Shown here: one piece after another, positions 1-14,859 of the stretch
Layout: each line of letters begins with the position of its first letter
Numbering within the stretch: position 1 is the first letter of the stretch
Assembly: GCA_043228905.1 (NCBI GenBank)
Contig: JBHGNT010000005.1
Span: 5,022,001 to 5,086,000 of the forward strand
Length of the DNA stretch: 64,000 nucleotides
Direction: 5' to 3'
Source of the DNA: Azolla caroliniana
Lineage: Eukaryota; Plantae; Polypodiophyta
The notes under the pieces: generated by a model
What the model was told of the DNA's origin: nothing
The model's input: the letters and a program-made list of their open reading frames with translations, nothing else
Database searches by the model: none
Translations under genes and position numbers: made by a program

Positions 1-779
1 AATCATTAGCATCATGGTCATGTTGTCCTACATGCATGTCACGGCCAAAAGACAAATCTTCTTATGCCTCATTTACACTTGTAGCACTTTGACCATTACA
101 CACCCACCACATGGCCAACAAACACATGACAACATTAACCACCTGTACCTTGAAGAAGATCCAAAGGGAACTAGATCACATGTCCGGCCGGCCACTTAAT
201 CACATTGCTTTGGCCATATCCAAATATATGAATCTTAAAGAAGGTGGTGTATGTCATATGATCACTCATATGTGCTTCGGCCCGATTTGGGTTCCTTAGG
301 GTTTGATCAAGTGCCTTCTTTAATTTGATCATAGCTTGGTATCCGATATAGGATCCTCTAGCTTCCTTTTAAACTTCTCGTGTTCCATGCGGTGTTAAGT
401 ACTTGCGTTACATGGCATGAGGCATGGAGACATCGGCATCAGAATTGGTACTAAAGACGACATGTGAGACCAAGAAACAAAGTTTACTCTAGATCTTTAG
501 GCCTAATGACCACCCAATGTGAAAGGGAGACAACCTTATAATTATAAATAAGCTATAAACATCACTTTTGTGTCTTAAACCCCCTTAGAATCCAAGCCGG
601 AACTCTTCTACTCTCTCCTTCTCTCACTCTAATCACGACTCTTCTTGACTGTTATATCTATCGTGTGGGTTTACATTAAATGACGTGTGCACGTTTGATC
701 TTTTTGTTACTATTTATTAATGTGAGCTTCTTAGTGAGGTTAGAGGTCCACCAAAGATATTGAAGTAGAGACGCAACTC

Positions 780-2103
780 CATTGGTATAAAAATGTGTAC
801 CTAGTGTGAAGATCTTGAGTTAACACATGTTTTCGGCATCGTTGACGAGGGAGTTCAAGGCTAATGGTTGAGGTTGTTGATAAGCTTTTCGTAAACTCTT
901 GAATCAACCTATGGAAGAGATTAAGGTATTAAGAAGTGGATACTCCAGCATTATAAGAAGCAGAGGAAGAGGCTAATTTAACGTGATTAGTGTTAGGTTG
1001 GTTACCCTCCTAGAGGTAGGTTGAACTTCATGCTTTGGATGTGGGAGGTCATGGTTGCACCCTAAATGGAGTCTAATTAAAAGTTAATTGTTGTCGTCGT
1101 TCTTTTAATTAGTGTTTATTGTTTATTGTGTCTTTATTTGTTCCACATTTGGAGTAATTAATTCTTAATAATCACCCAATCTAAAACTTATATGATGATT
1201 AGCTCATTAGTTCTTCAATTTATTTCCTAATTTTATTTTTTTTATTTGTTTTTTCCAATTTTTATTTACACTTTCTTTGATTTTCATTAAGTTTTCCCTC
1301 AACCAACTTAAAGGATGAGAAAATGAGGAATTATGATTAGATTCTTCAAATCTTCAAGTCTTTCAAGTACAAGAGAGAGTGGTCAATTCTTTATCGGCTC
1401 CTTGTTTTCCAACACACAATGCACAATCACGACACATGAGTTGAATGTGCAAACACAACGCAGGAAAGGAACATGTCACTGCTCAATACTGGAAGGAGTT
1501 CCCAAAGAGAGCTCCCAAAGCCAACATGCATAACATACGAAAGACACGCACACATAAATATATTATTCATACATATTATACACCTCTTTATAATGCAACA
1601 CATGACATACCTAAAATAACACATGGATCATGGGGATCAATCAAGCACAACTTGACCAAGGGTTCGAGGACCAAAACATAACATGTGGGGGTTCATAATC
1701 AATGATCGTTGTTATTGTGTGTTTCATGCATTTACATTCATTCAAATGTGGTTATTTCCTATGCTTTTGATATCTTTGTTGACAGTTACTAGCATTTATA
1801 TTAATGTGAAAACCCGCTAGTTTATTAGCGAGCTTTTTAGTGAGATTAATGGTACCTCCAAAGTGTGTGGATACCATTAACTAAAGAGAAAGGAAACACT
1901 TTAAGAAGCCTAGTCTTCTTATACATTTATAGTGTAGAAGGACGTGGACGGTGGAATCACCCTGCAACAATCAAAGGTGCTTCATTGAAGACCTCAAGGA
2001 AAAGTGTAGGCTAGTAAACCGAAGAAGAAGAGAAGGGAGGATAATTATCCTCGATGTCATTATATGTGGGGAAATATGCAAATTTTCCTAAAGGGGAAGA
2101 TGT
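780..2103 (+). mobile_element. Degenerate non-coding LTR-retrotransposon relic (Athila-like PBS, possible PPT)
   Basis: 'taacaca' (821-827) is followed by 'tgttttcggcatcgttgacgaggga', a decayed version of the tRNA-Asp PBS TGGCGCCGTTGCCGGGGA. A purine tract 'aaaggggaaga' followed by TGT lies at ~2090-2103. No coding remnant was recognised. Confidence 0.35.
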
Positions 2104-2206
2104 ATCTTTGACATTGAAATATGGCACAAACATATTACATAACATCACTTGAAATATCAACTAAAATATATTCTGCAACTTCCACAAAGCAAGTCCTTCA
2201 GATAAA

Positions 2207-2281
2207 CGCTCCAAGGAGTGGCTTGAACCTCCACCCTTATGGCTAACAACCATATGCTCTAACCAATTGAGCTACGAGAGC
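2207..2281 (-). pseudogene. tRNA-Asn(GTT) pseudogene, copy 1
   Basis: Reverse complement GCTCTCG TA GCTC AATTGGTTA GAGC A TATGG TTGTTAG CCATA AGGGT GGAGG TTCAAGC CACTCC TTGGAGC G folds as a cloverleaf with a GTT anticodon. It has an acceptor-stem mismatch and a T-stem insertion. Confidence 0.75.
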
Positions 2282-2438
2282 AAGTGTAGCTTTATTAAAA
2301 ACCTTGATTCTTCAATCACGATTAACATTGACTCAACCACTCAATCAACACTCCTCTCTTTGGTATCAACTCAAATATATTCAGCAACCCATGTTTTGAA
2401 GATAGGAACCACCTTTTGAAGATAACCATATTTAGAAA

Positions 2439-2512
2439 TGATCCAAGGAGGGCTTAAACCTCTAACCTTATGGTTAACAACCATATGCGCTAATCAACTG
2501 AGCTACTAGAGC
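2439..2512 (-). pseudogene. tRNA-Asn(GTT) pseudogene, copy 2
   Basis: Reverse complement GCTCTAGTAGCTCAGTTGATTAGCGCATATGGTTGTTAACCATAAGGTTAGAGGTTTAAGCCCTCCTTGGATCA, with damaged D loop and B box. Confidence 0.75.
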
Positions 2513-2866
2513 AAGTGTAGCGTTTGATTAACATCTACACACTTCAACAGATTCAACCATTGCACCAATGAAACCACTTCAGATGCTACCTAATTGTGCA
2601 ACGAAACTTATGCTAAGGATTGTTCAGAGTTTTCCCTCACACTCTTGAGCGTAAGCCTTCATAAATCATGTATTTCCATTCAGCTTTGCACAAAAACTAC
2701 ATATTGCATAACATTACTTGAAATATCAGCTAAAATATATTCCGCAACCCATGTTTTGAAGATAGGAACAACCTTTCCTCCTGAAAGGCATATTACATAA
2801 CATCGCTTTACATATCATCTCAAATGACTTCCATGAACCGCGTATTGAAGATAATCATTGAAGAAT

Positions 2867-2943
2867 CACTCCAAGGAGGGCTTGAACCTCCTTCGACCTT
2901 ATAGTTAACAACCATATTCTCTAACTAATTGAGTTATTAGAGA
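2867..2943 (-). pseudogene. tRNA-Asn(GTT) pseudogene, copy 3
   Basis: Third homologous copy (ccaaggagggcttgaacctcc...tagttaacaaccata...gagttattagaga) with more substitutions and a 3-nt insertion. Confidence 0.7.
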
Positions 2944-3085
2944 CAACCTTCTAAAGTTGTTAAATATATATGATCAAATTTGAATTAGAGTGTATGTATA
3001 ATTGATGTACACCTTTGCATCAATCACCACTCCTTTCTTCAAATGCTACCTAATTGTACAAGGAAAAATTATGGTAAGATTGTTT

Positions 3086-3336
3086 TGTTGAGAAACGAAT
3101 TGTCAATCCACAAGAAAAGGAATACATTGAAATACACAAAACTCGGAAAACACAGAAAACAGTGTACATAGGTTTAACGTGGAAACCCTGAAATGGGAGA
3201 AAACAAAAGAGAACAAGACTTCACTATACAATGGATATACAATGGAGAAGTTTACAACACGTTGTGTGTGGAGTGTATCAGCCTCATAGGGCTCTTGGTG
3301 TTTGTTGTTATGAACACAACTATGGCGTCACACACA

Positions 3337-3390
<54 letters not shown>

Positions 3391-3804
3391 GTCTCTCTAT
3401 GTCTCTCTCTTCACACTCTGCGACGGCGCTCACACTATTTTGTTCTTCTCAAAATTCTACGTTTGCCCTAGATGTATTTATACTCATAAATCACATTAGC
3501 TATTTACAAACGAGCCCCTACAACACATCACTACTACTATTATTATCTATAATAATAAGTAGTCAGTAGCCGACTCTAATGTCGACTGTCCAGTCGGTCC
3601 GACTAGTCGGCCTGGTCATCGACCATCCGGTCGTGTCTTCTACCTTGATCTCCTTTTTGTCGACTCTCACAATCGACTTTCTCGCAGTCAACTCTTCAAC
3701 CATCGGCACTCGGTCCGAACAGTTGGCTCCTCCTAGTCTTCGACTGTTGGCACTTCTTGGCCCAAATAGTCGGCTCCTCCCACTGGAGGGACATATTCCC
3801 AACA
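3086..3804. mobile_element. Solo LTR (copia-like) with 5-bp TSD TGTTT
   Basis: Starts TGTTG (3086) and ends CAACA (3804). TGTTT occurs at 3081-3085 and 3805-3809. It contains the 'tttaacgtggaaaccc' motif common in copia LTRs and an internal (CT)n tract at ~3340-3388. Confidence 0.8.
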
Positions 3805-4010
3805 TGTTTAGAGCAATTTGAACCACTAGAGCATGTGTATGCATGTTGTACACCTTCATGTCAATGAGCAATCCTTTATTCATACGCCACCTAATTGTAC
3901 ATTGTTTAGATTCTTCCCTCCAACTCCACCATGACCATTTTCTCTATTGTCTATTGTCTTCTTGTTATCTTACACTAATATAACACAAACGAATGTGAGG
4001 TGGTCATTGT

Positions 4011-4381
4011 TGTAACCAACCGTCAGGTGTGGAACAAACTCAACACTCTTTGAGATGAAGATCTTCGGTGAATACAAAGAAACAAATTGATAACACAAGA
4101 CAACTGCATCATAAGACAAGATGAACAAGAAAGATAGAGAAAAGAAGTACATCAACGTTAATATTTCTTTCTTTCTTTCTTTCTAAGAGAGTTACAATGG
4201 CAACAACAAACTAAACCACAAAACTAGGTTACACGAGTCACTTTAAATACCAACTGACTTAGGGCAACTGCCCTTTCCACTATTTACATAAATAGCCTAA
4301 AACCTAGTATGTTCAATAGGATAGTGTGAATACGTCCATTATTTCCCGTATTTGACAGTCATCCCACCTGAAGCACAAACA
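4011..4381. mobile_element. Probable short solo LTR with 4-bp TSD TTGT
   Basis: TGTAA...AAACA termini, TTGT at 4007-4010 and 4382-4385, and subterminal inverted motif tcaggtgtgg / cccacctga. Confidence 0.4.
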
Positions 4382-4436
4382 TTGTTCTATTTATTATACA
4401 TTTTTGCGTTAGGGGAGAGAGAGAGAGAGAGAGAGA

Positions 4437-6250
4437 GAAAGAAAGAAAGAAAGAAAGAAAGATGTATTAACGTCTTCTAAGGCCAAATTTGGCCCATGAG
4501 ACAATTGGTTTACAACAATAGAGTATTTATCCAGTCATCATAACTAAAATAAAATTAAGTAAAAAAAAATAGAACTTAAACTAAAAGAGTTCTAGTAGTG
4601 TACAATATGTAGTATACTCGAAAGTGATTATACACTAAGCCTAATTTTATTTCCACCCAAGCCTCTCGAAAAGAAGTGGGGGGTCAAAGGGTCTTGATGT
4701 GGGTTCCAATGTAGAGAGTGCCCTAGCCATGGCTTCTAGGTGGTGTAGCTCACGTTCCCTTATTTTTAATATTGCTTCCACATCACGTTGAGTTGCTTTG
4801 AAACCCGGCACCTGAGGACGTCTGGTTCTTCTCTGGTTTTCTGCCTCATCAATGGAAAGGCCGAGTGGTGCAAGTGTGTCGGCATTCGTTGTCTCCTCAG
4901 GTTCCTGAAAAATTGCATTTGTTACATGTTCGTGATCATTAGCAACATTATTGTCAACATTTTGTAATTTATTCTCTCTGTGTTGTTTTAGCTCTAGAAT
5001 GTATTTGCCTAATTTCTTTATATCTAGAGTATCTAATAGTTTGGGGAGGGTGGGAGACGAACCAAGTATGTCTTGGTATTTTGCCCTTATCTCGGCATAG
5101 GTTGGACACTTGCATGTAAAGTGGTACTCATCCTCTATTTCTATGTGACATAACCTACATATCCTTTCCTCCCTAGGGACTCCACTAGTACGGCCATTTT
5201 CAATCTCAAGTTGGTGAGATGATATTCTAAGTTGTCCAATGGCAACCCTTAGTGCATGTGGTAAGAATACATCTAGATATTTTGGCCGCGTGATAAAACC
5301 TAACTCAGAGAAGTGCATGAAGTGTTTCTTATAGTACGACATTTTAGATGGGAGTGGCTCTAGTGGGGTGATCCATTTACACCGAGTGTAAATTTGCCAT
5401 ATTTCTTGGCGTATTACTTTATTGCGGTTCTCATGAGAGATTAAGGTGTTATCACTCGTGTGGTTGTACCTAAGGGGAGGTAGGTTATTAATGTCTAGAC
5501 CATTCGCAAGAAGCCAAGTCACCATCATGCCATACCATGAGCTAGTATAGCCGGACTCATACAATGATCGAGAGGCCTTAAAGGCTTGATGAGATATTCT
5601 ATCATGTGGTTGGCTATGTATCCTATCAATAAAGACTACAAGTTGAAAAAGTGCCTCTACTAGCATTGGGGGTAACGTGAACTCGGCCCTAATAATGTCA
5701 TGTGGTACAGTCGATTTGCTTCGGAGTTGGCGTGATAGCATCATCACCAATGGTCTCTCTAATTGCGTCCACATGAAGGATGGTAATCCTGGAGCCCAAA
5801 CCGCTGATGCATACATGAGGGAGGGGGTCACTAATGAGTCAAAGAGCCACCCTTTAGTCCGTGGCTCTTGAAAGTGTGCTTGGTGGCATTGTCTCTCTAG
5901 GAGTGAGAGGGATGCATGTCCTCTCGTGAGTCTATCCTTCGCTGCCTGTGTCATCGAAAATTTACCTGAGCGGGCACTAAAAGTGACTCCGAGATAGACG
6001 TACAATCCAACCACCTCGACTGGGCTATGGGAGATAGGTAGGTGACACTTAGCTCTAAGTTGGGCCGATGTGTGGAAGATAAGGACTTTCGTTTTCCCTA
6101 GATTCACTACCAATCCTCGTTGTACACAAAAGTCATCTAAGGCATTAAGGTGCCTCTATAGGTCGTGTTCGGATTCAGAGAGCAAAACTATGTCATCCGC
6201 ATAGAGCAAGATACGAACCTGCGTATCCCCAAGGACCACTCCGGTGCCTC

Positions 6251-6254
<4 letters not shown>
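4437..6254 (-). mobile_element. 5'-truncated non-LTR retrotransposon (RTE-X/L2-like LINE) embedded in a (GA)n microsatellite
   Basis: Minus strand reads RILLYADDIVLL (RT catalytic motif, ~6215-6180), then an in-frame TAG (6158-6156), then ORF 4647-6113 with LRISSHQLEIENGR...ERICRLC...EDEYHF...C. It has a (CTTT)n 3' tail at 4437-4462, with (GA)n on both sides (4415-4438, 6255-6303). Confidence 0.85.
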
Positions 6255-6307
<53 letters not shown>

Positions 6308-7896
6308 CATGGGCTTAGATTAACGAAACAAAACATGGTTGTACATTTCAATCTAGAAAATAAAGATAAATCTAGAATTGGTTGGATTGTTTATATATTA
6401 TGCATGATGGCACATTCTTTCTAGAAGTGTTGATTAGGAGTATATCAAGGATTTGCATCATATCTCCATATTTCGGCTGCCTTAGAATGCACACATTAAA
6501 CAATGAATGGTGTCCAGTTGCCCAACTTATGTCTCGTATGGGTTTCGATGCAAGGATGTCCCACCTCCCTTTTAGGTCTAGGCAAAGTGCAAGATCACAT
6601 GTTATGTTGAATGGCGGATTTTACCAAGATGATAACTTTAACACCATTTGTATGAAAAGGATGTCAATTGAGCCAATTATTGTTTGCCATTGCAAATTAC
6701 TACCCACATGGTTTGTTATGATGTATAGCATGAGGAAATTTGTGGGGCTTGCTCTTCCATCAAGGAAACAACTGATAGCTTATGATAGCTTATGAATGGT
6801 TAACTGATTTATCCTTATTCCTTAACTTTTTTCTAAGTTTGTCCTTATTTGATGCCTTGAGAGAAATTTGGTTTAGCTTGGATGACATGGGAAAGTATTA
6901 GACCTATATGAGGTTTGCCACCATTTCTATTACCCTATTGGTATCAATATCTCCTTCTCTCAAATTTTGAACTAGATATCTAGCAAAATCTTGGTTTGTA
7001 TACAGAAAGTTCCAAGCCTGGTGGTTTGCCACTTGAATCAAAGTGATACTAGTAATAAATATCAAGATGATTTCTTATTTTTTGCCGTTGCTATTATGGA
7101 CAAATTAATAAGTCACTTGATCATTTAGTGGTTCTATTGTAGAATTGTTGATAGAGGAGCTGTGGACATGTTGGTTATTTGATAACGTTGATACTTTCAA
7201 GATAGAGCTTGGCCAATGATGAAGATTTCACATACAAGGCATATTACTCAATGTATACACTATTGTAATTGTGGCATCGTTTTTATGGAAGAAAGATGGC
7301 ATTCTTAGCTTCCAATCTATGTGAATATGTTTCTTTGGGTGGCAATGGTACTCAAAAGTTAGTGGGTTGCCTTCGACGATGATTTTAAAACATCAATACA
7401 TTTCTAAAGGGCCTTAATTATCTTTAATATGCTTATGTTTTTGGCCTATACAGAGATCGAGGAGGCTGTGAGGCAAAGATTCTTGGCATGTCACATGTGT
7501 TGAGGCAATTGCGGTTCTTATGTCCCTCTCAACTCACGACATCCTTAACTTGGGAATATGTTCTGTCACCCTTCGAGTTGGGAATTCGTCGTTTTTCTGA
7601 GAGTCGGAGCTTTAACCTCACACCAACATGTAAGGTTGTTCCATGATTGATTTACCTTGGGTAGGCAGGCATTGGAGTATGTTGAGTAGGAGAGGAAAAT
7701 TGACTTTGGAAAAGTTCGCAACAACTAAGCTATTAACCGGTGTTTGGATTTAGGTCACCCATGTTTTTTACTACTAAATTCTAGTAATGATAAATGTGTA
7801 TGTATGTATGGATCATATATACAGGCATGCATGCATGCATACATACATACATACATACATACATACATACATACATACATGTTCTCTCTTAGAAGT

Positions 7897-7909
7897 AAAC
7901 CCTAGGGTT
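7897..7909 (+). promoter_or_regulatory. Telo-box (AAACCCTA) in ribosomal protein gene leader
   Basis: aaaccctagggtt lies ~60 bp upstream of the RPL23 ATG. Telo-boxes are established elements of plant ribosomal protein promoters. Confidence 0.6.
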
Positions 7910-7962
7910 CTCTCTGCCCTTCGTCTTCGTCTTCGTCTTCGTCTGCTGCTGTCGAGGTAGCC

Positions 7963-10419
<2,457 letters not shown>

Positions 10420-13105
10420 CCTTTAGTAATATTTTTATAGGTATGCTCTTTATTGTAATCGGCTAATCCTTGAAAAACTCTATAAATTGGGATATCTTTT
10501 GTTTACTAATTAAAAGAGTTTATTTGTTATAGTCTCATGTAACGAGAAATATTTTTAGGAGATTCTGATTTGGTTAAATGTTGTCTCTGTTAACTACATT
10601 TTCTTCATGTAAATGAAAATGCCATACAAGCATTGCCAAAGAGTGATAACTCAAACTGAATGGGGATATGTATTGTAATCGTGGACTGTGGCTTACTCCA
10701 TGAGACAATCCATAATACCTTTTCTTTGTTCTGCTGGTTTCCTTGTGTCAATAAATGCTATCATCTAAATCCAAATGTAAGAGGGAGTGAGCTAAATGCT
10801 CCATAATCTTCTAAATTTGTTACCAGTTAACGAAGTCGAAGGATCTAAACATAAGGTGTGTTGAAGATGTGCATGCTTTGTAGCGATAAGATTGTGGATT
10901 GAAAGCTGACGTTATCTGATGAAGCCTTAGTCTTGGAACAGTGTTTCTGATAATGGACTCTTATGATTTGGGATTGACGAATCCAATTATGAGAACTGGG
11001 ATTTTTGAACAAATCTTAAGATGAGCACCATGTAATGCCACTGTTACTAATTTGCTACAGCAAACGATCACTTGTGTAGGACACCAAGTCCCCAAAGTTT
11101 TATTTATTGTTAACCAATTACATTGGTTAATGCCAATTTGATATTTTGGTGATTCCCACTTCCCAAAAAGTCATTCTCAAAATAAGAATTCTCCTCTATG
11201 CCATGATAAAAGAAAAGCACATCTAACTTGTGTGGTGTCATATAAACTTACATCCATTCGATGGGATTTCAGCGCTCATAAAATGCTGAGGCTTCTCCAG
11301 TAAGAAAACTTCAAGTGGATTCATTTCCCACCACTAAAAACAAAACACCATCTATGTACTAAAGCATGATGTGGAAGAATCATTGTCTTACAAATCAAAT
11401 AAGGAATCCTTGCTTACATATGTTCACTATGTTAACAAACTTGTGCTTCGTAAACTTAGGGTTGTTAGTTTTAACTCAGAAGCATTGGAAGTTCCTAACC
11501 TTCACATCATCAATTTGGAGACTTGACACATTAAATTTCGCAATTGAAACTTTCACCTCACGAATAAATATTACCCAACAAGGGCAGAAAGCTATCCCAT
11601 TGCAAAAAATGAGGGGTAAAGAAACAAAAATGGTTGAGCACATTCATGTCTCAATATTAAACAAGGCCACTAGTGTTTCAACAATCACATTTGATTATAA
11701 ATTTCCTAACCTAAACGAGGTGATACTGTGAACTATCACACTCTCAAGTTCCTACATTGAAAGGTGGAAGATGTAAATGTAACAAATTTAGTGGCCTCTT
11801 GATGATGCTCGTTATCAACATTTTCACCACTAGTTATGAAGGCCATCACCTTGTTCTAAATGGGTATAATAACTTATACAAATATCTACATTTAACATTG
11901 GACTTCTTTTGCTTTCTTGCTTTCTTTGCTTTGCAAGCAAGAGAATCGTGAAGATTTGAGACATGACAAAAAGTGAAGAAACATAGGATTTTCATGAATG
12001 GTCTTTTGTGTTTTGCTTCACAATCTTTGCCACAAAGCTTTATTCTTATCTTACATTGTAATCGTTGATGCGATTCTCCATGATGGAGCCAAATATTTAA
12101 CAACTCATAAGTATGATTCACAAGAAGAGCCGTTTCCTTCGAATTATGCACTAGTGATCACTAGAACAAGAAAGGCAAACTCACTCGAGGTGAAAACACT
12201 TTCATTGGCCAAATGTCCACATAGACATGGAAATATATAAGAGGCAAATGATGGGATGTGATTTGACTTGAAAGAGGTAACAATAAACATGTTCTAAGCG
12301 ATATGTGTAGCAATTAACACTTTCATTGATCAGACGAGGAAAGCAGCAAAAAGGGTGGTATTCTAATGACAGTCATGTGTCCCTCGGATACACGATGCAA
12401 GATAAAATACATACATATCCGCAAGGGTGAAGGCAAGAGCACTCATAGTGTGGAAACGTTGTGGGTCGAAGCATTCCATGGCAAGGGATATCAGAAATGA
12501 AATAACTTGATTTAATAAACAAACCCCATAATAGATAAGCACAAACAAATCATGTCACATTAACACACACTCACTAGTCTGTGTGTGCAAAGAAAACATA
12601 GTTTGGAAAAATAGACACACACACAAATATATTTATCAAATTTGTTCATCATCTTTGTCCCTCTGTATGTTGTTTGTTTTATTTTCCTCTGTTTTCATCT
12701 CCCAATCTCTCAATCTCTCTCTCTCTCTCTTTCCTTTTCCAAAAGGAACAAGAATTTACTCTGTTTTCTTTGACATATCCTTTGGAAAGGACGGACTCTT
12801 TCATTCGTAAGCCTATGGAAATATGAGATTGAAAGATACGTATTGCTCTTCTTCTTCTTCTTCTTCCTCCGTCTGCTGCTCAACCCACAGGCAAAAGTCT
12901 TTTCCCCCTTGTTTTCAAGCTATTGCAATTAACACAGAGCTTTAACCAAAGTCCTTTTGACTCATTTGTGAGCGTTTCTAAATGTTTATTTTAGTATTTT
13001 ATTGTTCAGATTTATTTGATCTCATATGAGCTAATTGCCCATTTCTGGTACGAAAATGAGTCAAATTTAAGAAATTTTCTTTAAAGATATGTTTTGATTT
13101 TATAG

Positions 13106-14859
13106 ATGGGTAGGCCCTTCTTGGTAAAGCTTGATGGAAGAGTCTATAAATGCAGATGCTGCCATAGCCATCTCACAAGCACGGAGGATCTTCTTTCCAA
13201 GGTCAGCGTTTATCATTAATTTCGTCTGTTTTTGTTCTAATGTTATTTGACATTATCTGAGTAATTTATGAATGATTCAAGTATTTGATAATACGAAAAC
13301 AATAAAAGCAAGTGTTTTCCTAGGAGCTCAGAAATGTTTTTGGGTGCACGATATATGCCAATCCATTAGAACCAATCAATTTTTATGCCATCGATTTGTT
13401 CGTGTGGCTCATGTTGCCAATGTTTGATTTTCCTAATGTTAAGTTCATATGCATAACCTTCTACTTGCAATAAATGGTGCCAATAAGCCAAGAGATATGC
13501 CCATAGCTTTGCCACCAGTTACTGCCTGTTTCACACTCTAAAGGTTTGGACATAGACCCAGGGTTAATTGGTATAGTGTAAAGAGATTTTGACAGATTTA
13601 TCTTTTCTGCTTGCATCTAGGCCTCTCCTTGCACTAATGATGTCACTTGACACCACACTTGGACCCAGTAGATCATGTATGACCACCCAGAGTTGCCCAA
13701 TGTCTATTTGTATACCCATGGTTTGGACGTAGACGTAAGGATCCATTGGTTTATAACGAGTTAAACGTCCATTTGTTACTCCTTAATTGTGTTTTAATTT
13801 AATGTGAGTTAGATGTGTTAGTCCTTGACACTTTCCCTTGTAACTGTGGTCGATAGGGTTTTCATAGCCGCCAAGGGAGGGCTTACCTCTTCAACTTAGT
13901 GTAAGTTCTAATCACACTTTCATTGTATGCCATCTCAGTTCCAAATTTATCTTTCAATGCTAGGGAGATCATGGAAATCTTGAGATATGAATATATGGCT
14001 GTATGAATGGTTGTGTGTTTATGTTATATATGGATGTATGTGTATGTTATGCTATATATGCATGTGTTATGTATGTAGGTATGCATGTATGAGTATATGT
14101 GAATGTGATAAATGTTATATATATGATGTACAACCATTGATACTTACCAGCTATCTAGTTTGTTTTATGTGTACCTTCTAGAGTCAACATTTTAGTAGGA
14201 CCGAAAGAAGAGCGGATGATGACGACGGGGTTACATACAGTGTCAGACATTTTTTGCATTTGTTGCAACCAAATTGTTGGGTGGAAATATGTAAGGCCAT
14301 ATGAAACAATGCCAATGATAAGAGCATAACACAAAAAATTTGTTTCTGTTTCCAGTAGTTCATTTTTACCTCATTGTTCTTGTAAGCCTTAGCTCCTTGT
14401 TCTTTTGTTGTGTAACATGAAGCTCATTTTTATTGAAACATTTTGGCAGGACAGAGCTTATGAATTGAGCCAAAAGTATAAAGAAGGGAAATACATCTTG
14501 GAGCTGTATGTTCAAAGAAACTTCTCTTATCACTTTTTCCTTCTGAAATGTTGTCTCTTTTTCCCTCTTAGCTTTGTGCACTTCAGTGTTTCCTATATGT
14601 TTGAATAGACTTGTTATACTGTCTGCGAGATTAGCGAAATGTTTGAATAGATTTCTTATACTAACAGCGAGAAACTTCTCCTATCACCTTTTCCTTCTGA
14701 AATGTTGTTTCTTTTTCTCTCTTAGCTTTGTGCACTTCAGTGTTTTCTATATGTTTGAATAGACTTCTTATATGTTGTAGGGCAAGAACATTGAGCGGCG
14801 AGATTGGCGAACTCTTTGTGGAATCTAATCATGTGGGCAATGACCCAGAAGGTGCCTAG
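13106..14859 (+). CDS. Yippee/Mis18-family zinc-binding protein, 127 aa, 5 coding exons
   Basis: Exons 13106-13201, 13857-13900, 14182-14290, 14450-14505, 14781-14859. Translation MGRPFLVKLDGRVYKCRCC...SKGFHSRQGRAYLFN...EERMMTTGLHTVSDIFCICC...VGWKY...SQKYKEGKYILE. Missed by the ORF track because the exons are short. Confidence 0.93.

Noticed and set aside
1811-1842. Small hairpin cccgcta/tagcgag followed by ttagt as a Helitron 3' end
   Set aside because: Imperfect stem, no CTRR, and no matching 5' end identified.
6310-7790. Coding-like degenerate sequence, including ORF 6382-6795
   Set aside because: Probably an old TE relic, but no recognisable motif supports a call.
11050-12300. Short ORFs between RPL23 and the Yippee gene
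   Set aside because: No recognisable domain or splice structure. Possibly a decayed transposase, but unsupported.
13821-13856. U12-like branch point (tccttgac) in Yippee intron 1
   Set aside because: The donor is GTCAGC, not GTATCCTT, so the intron is treated as U2-type.
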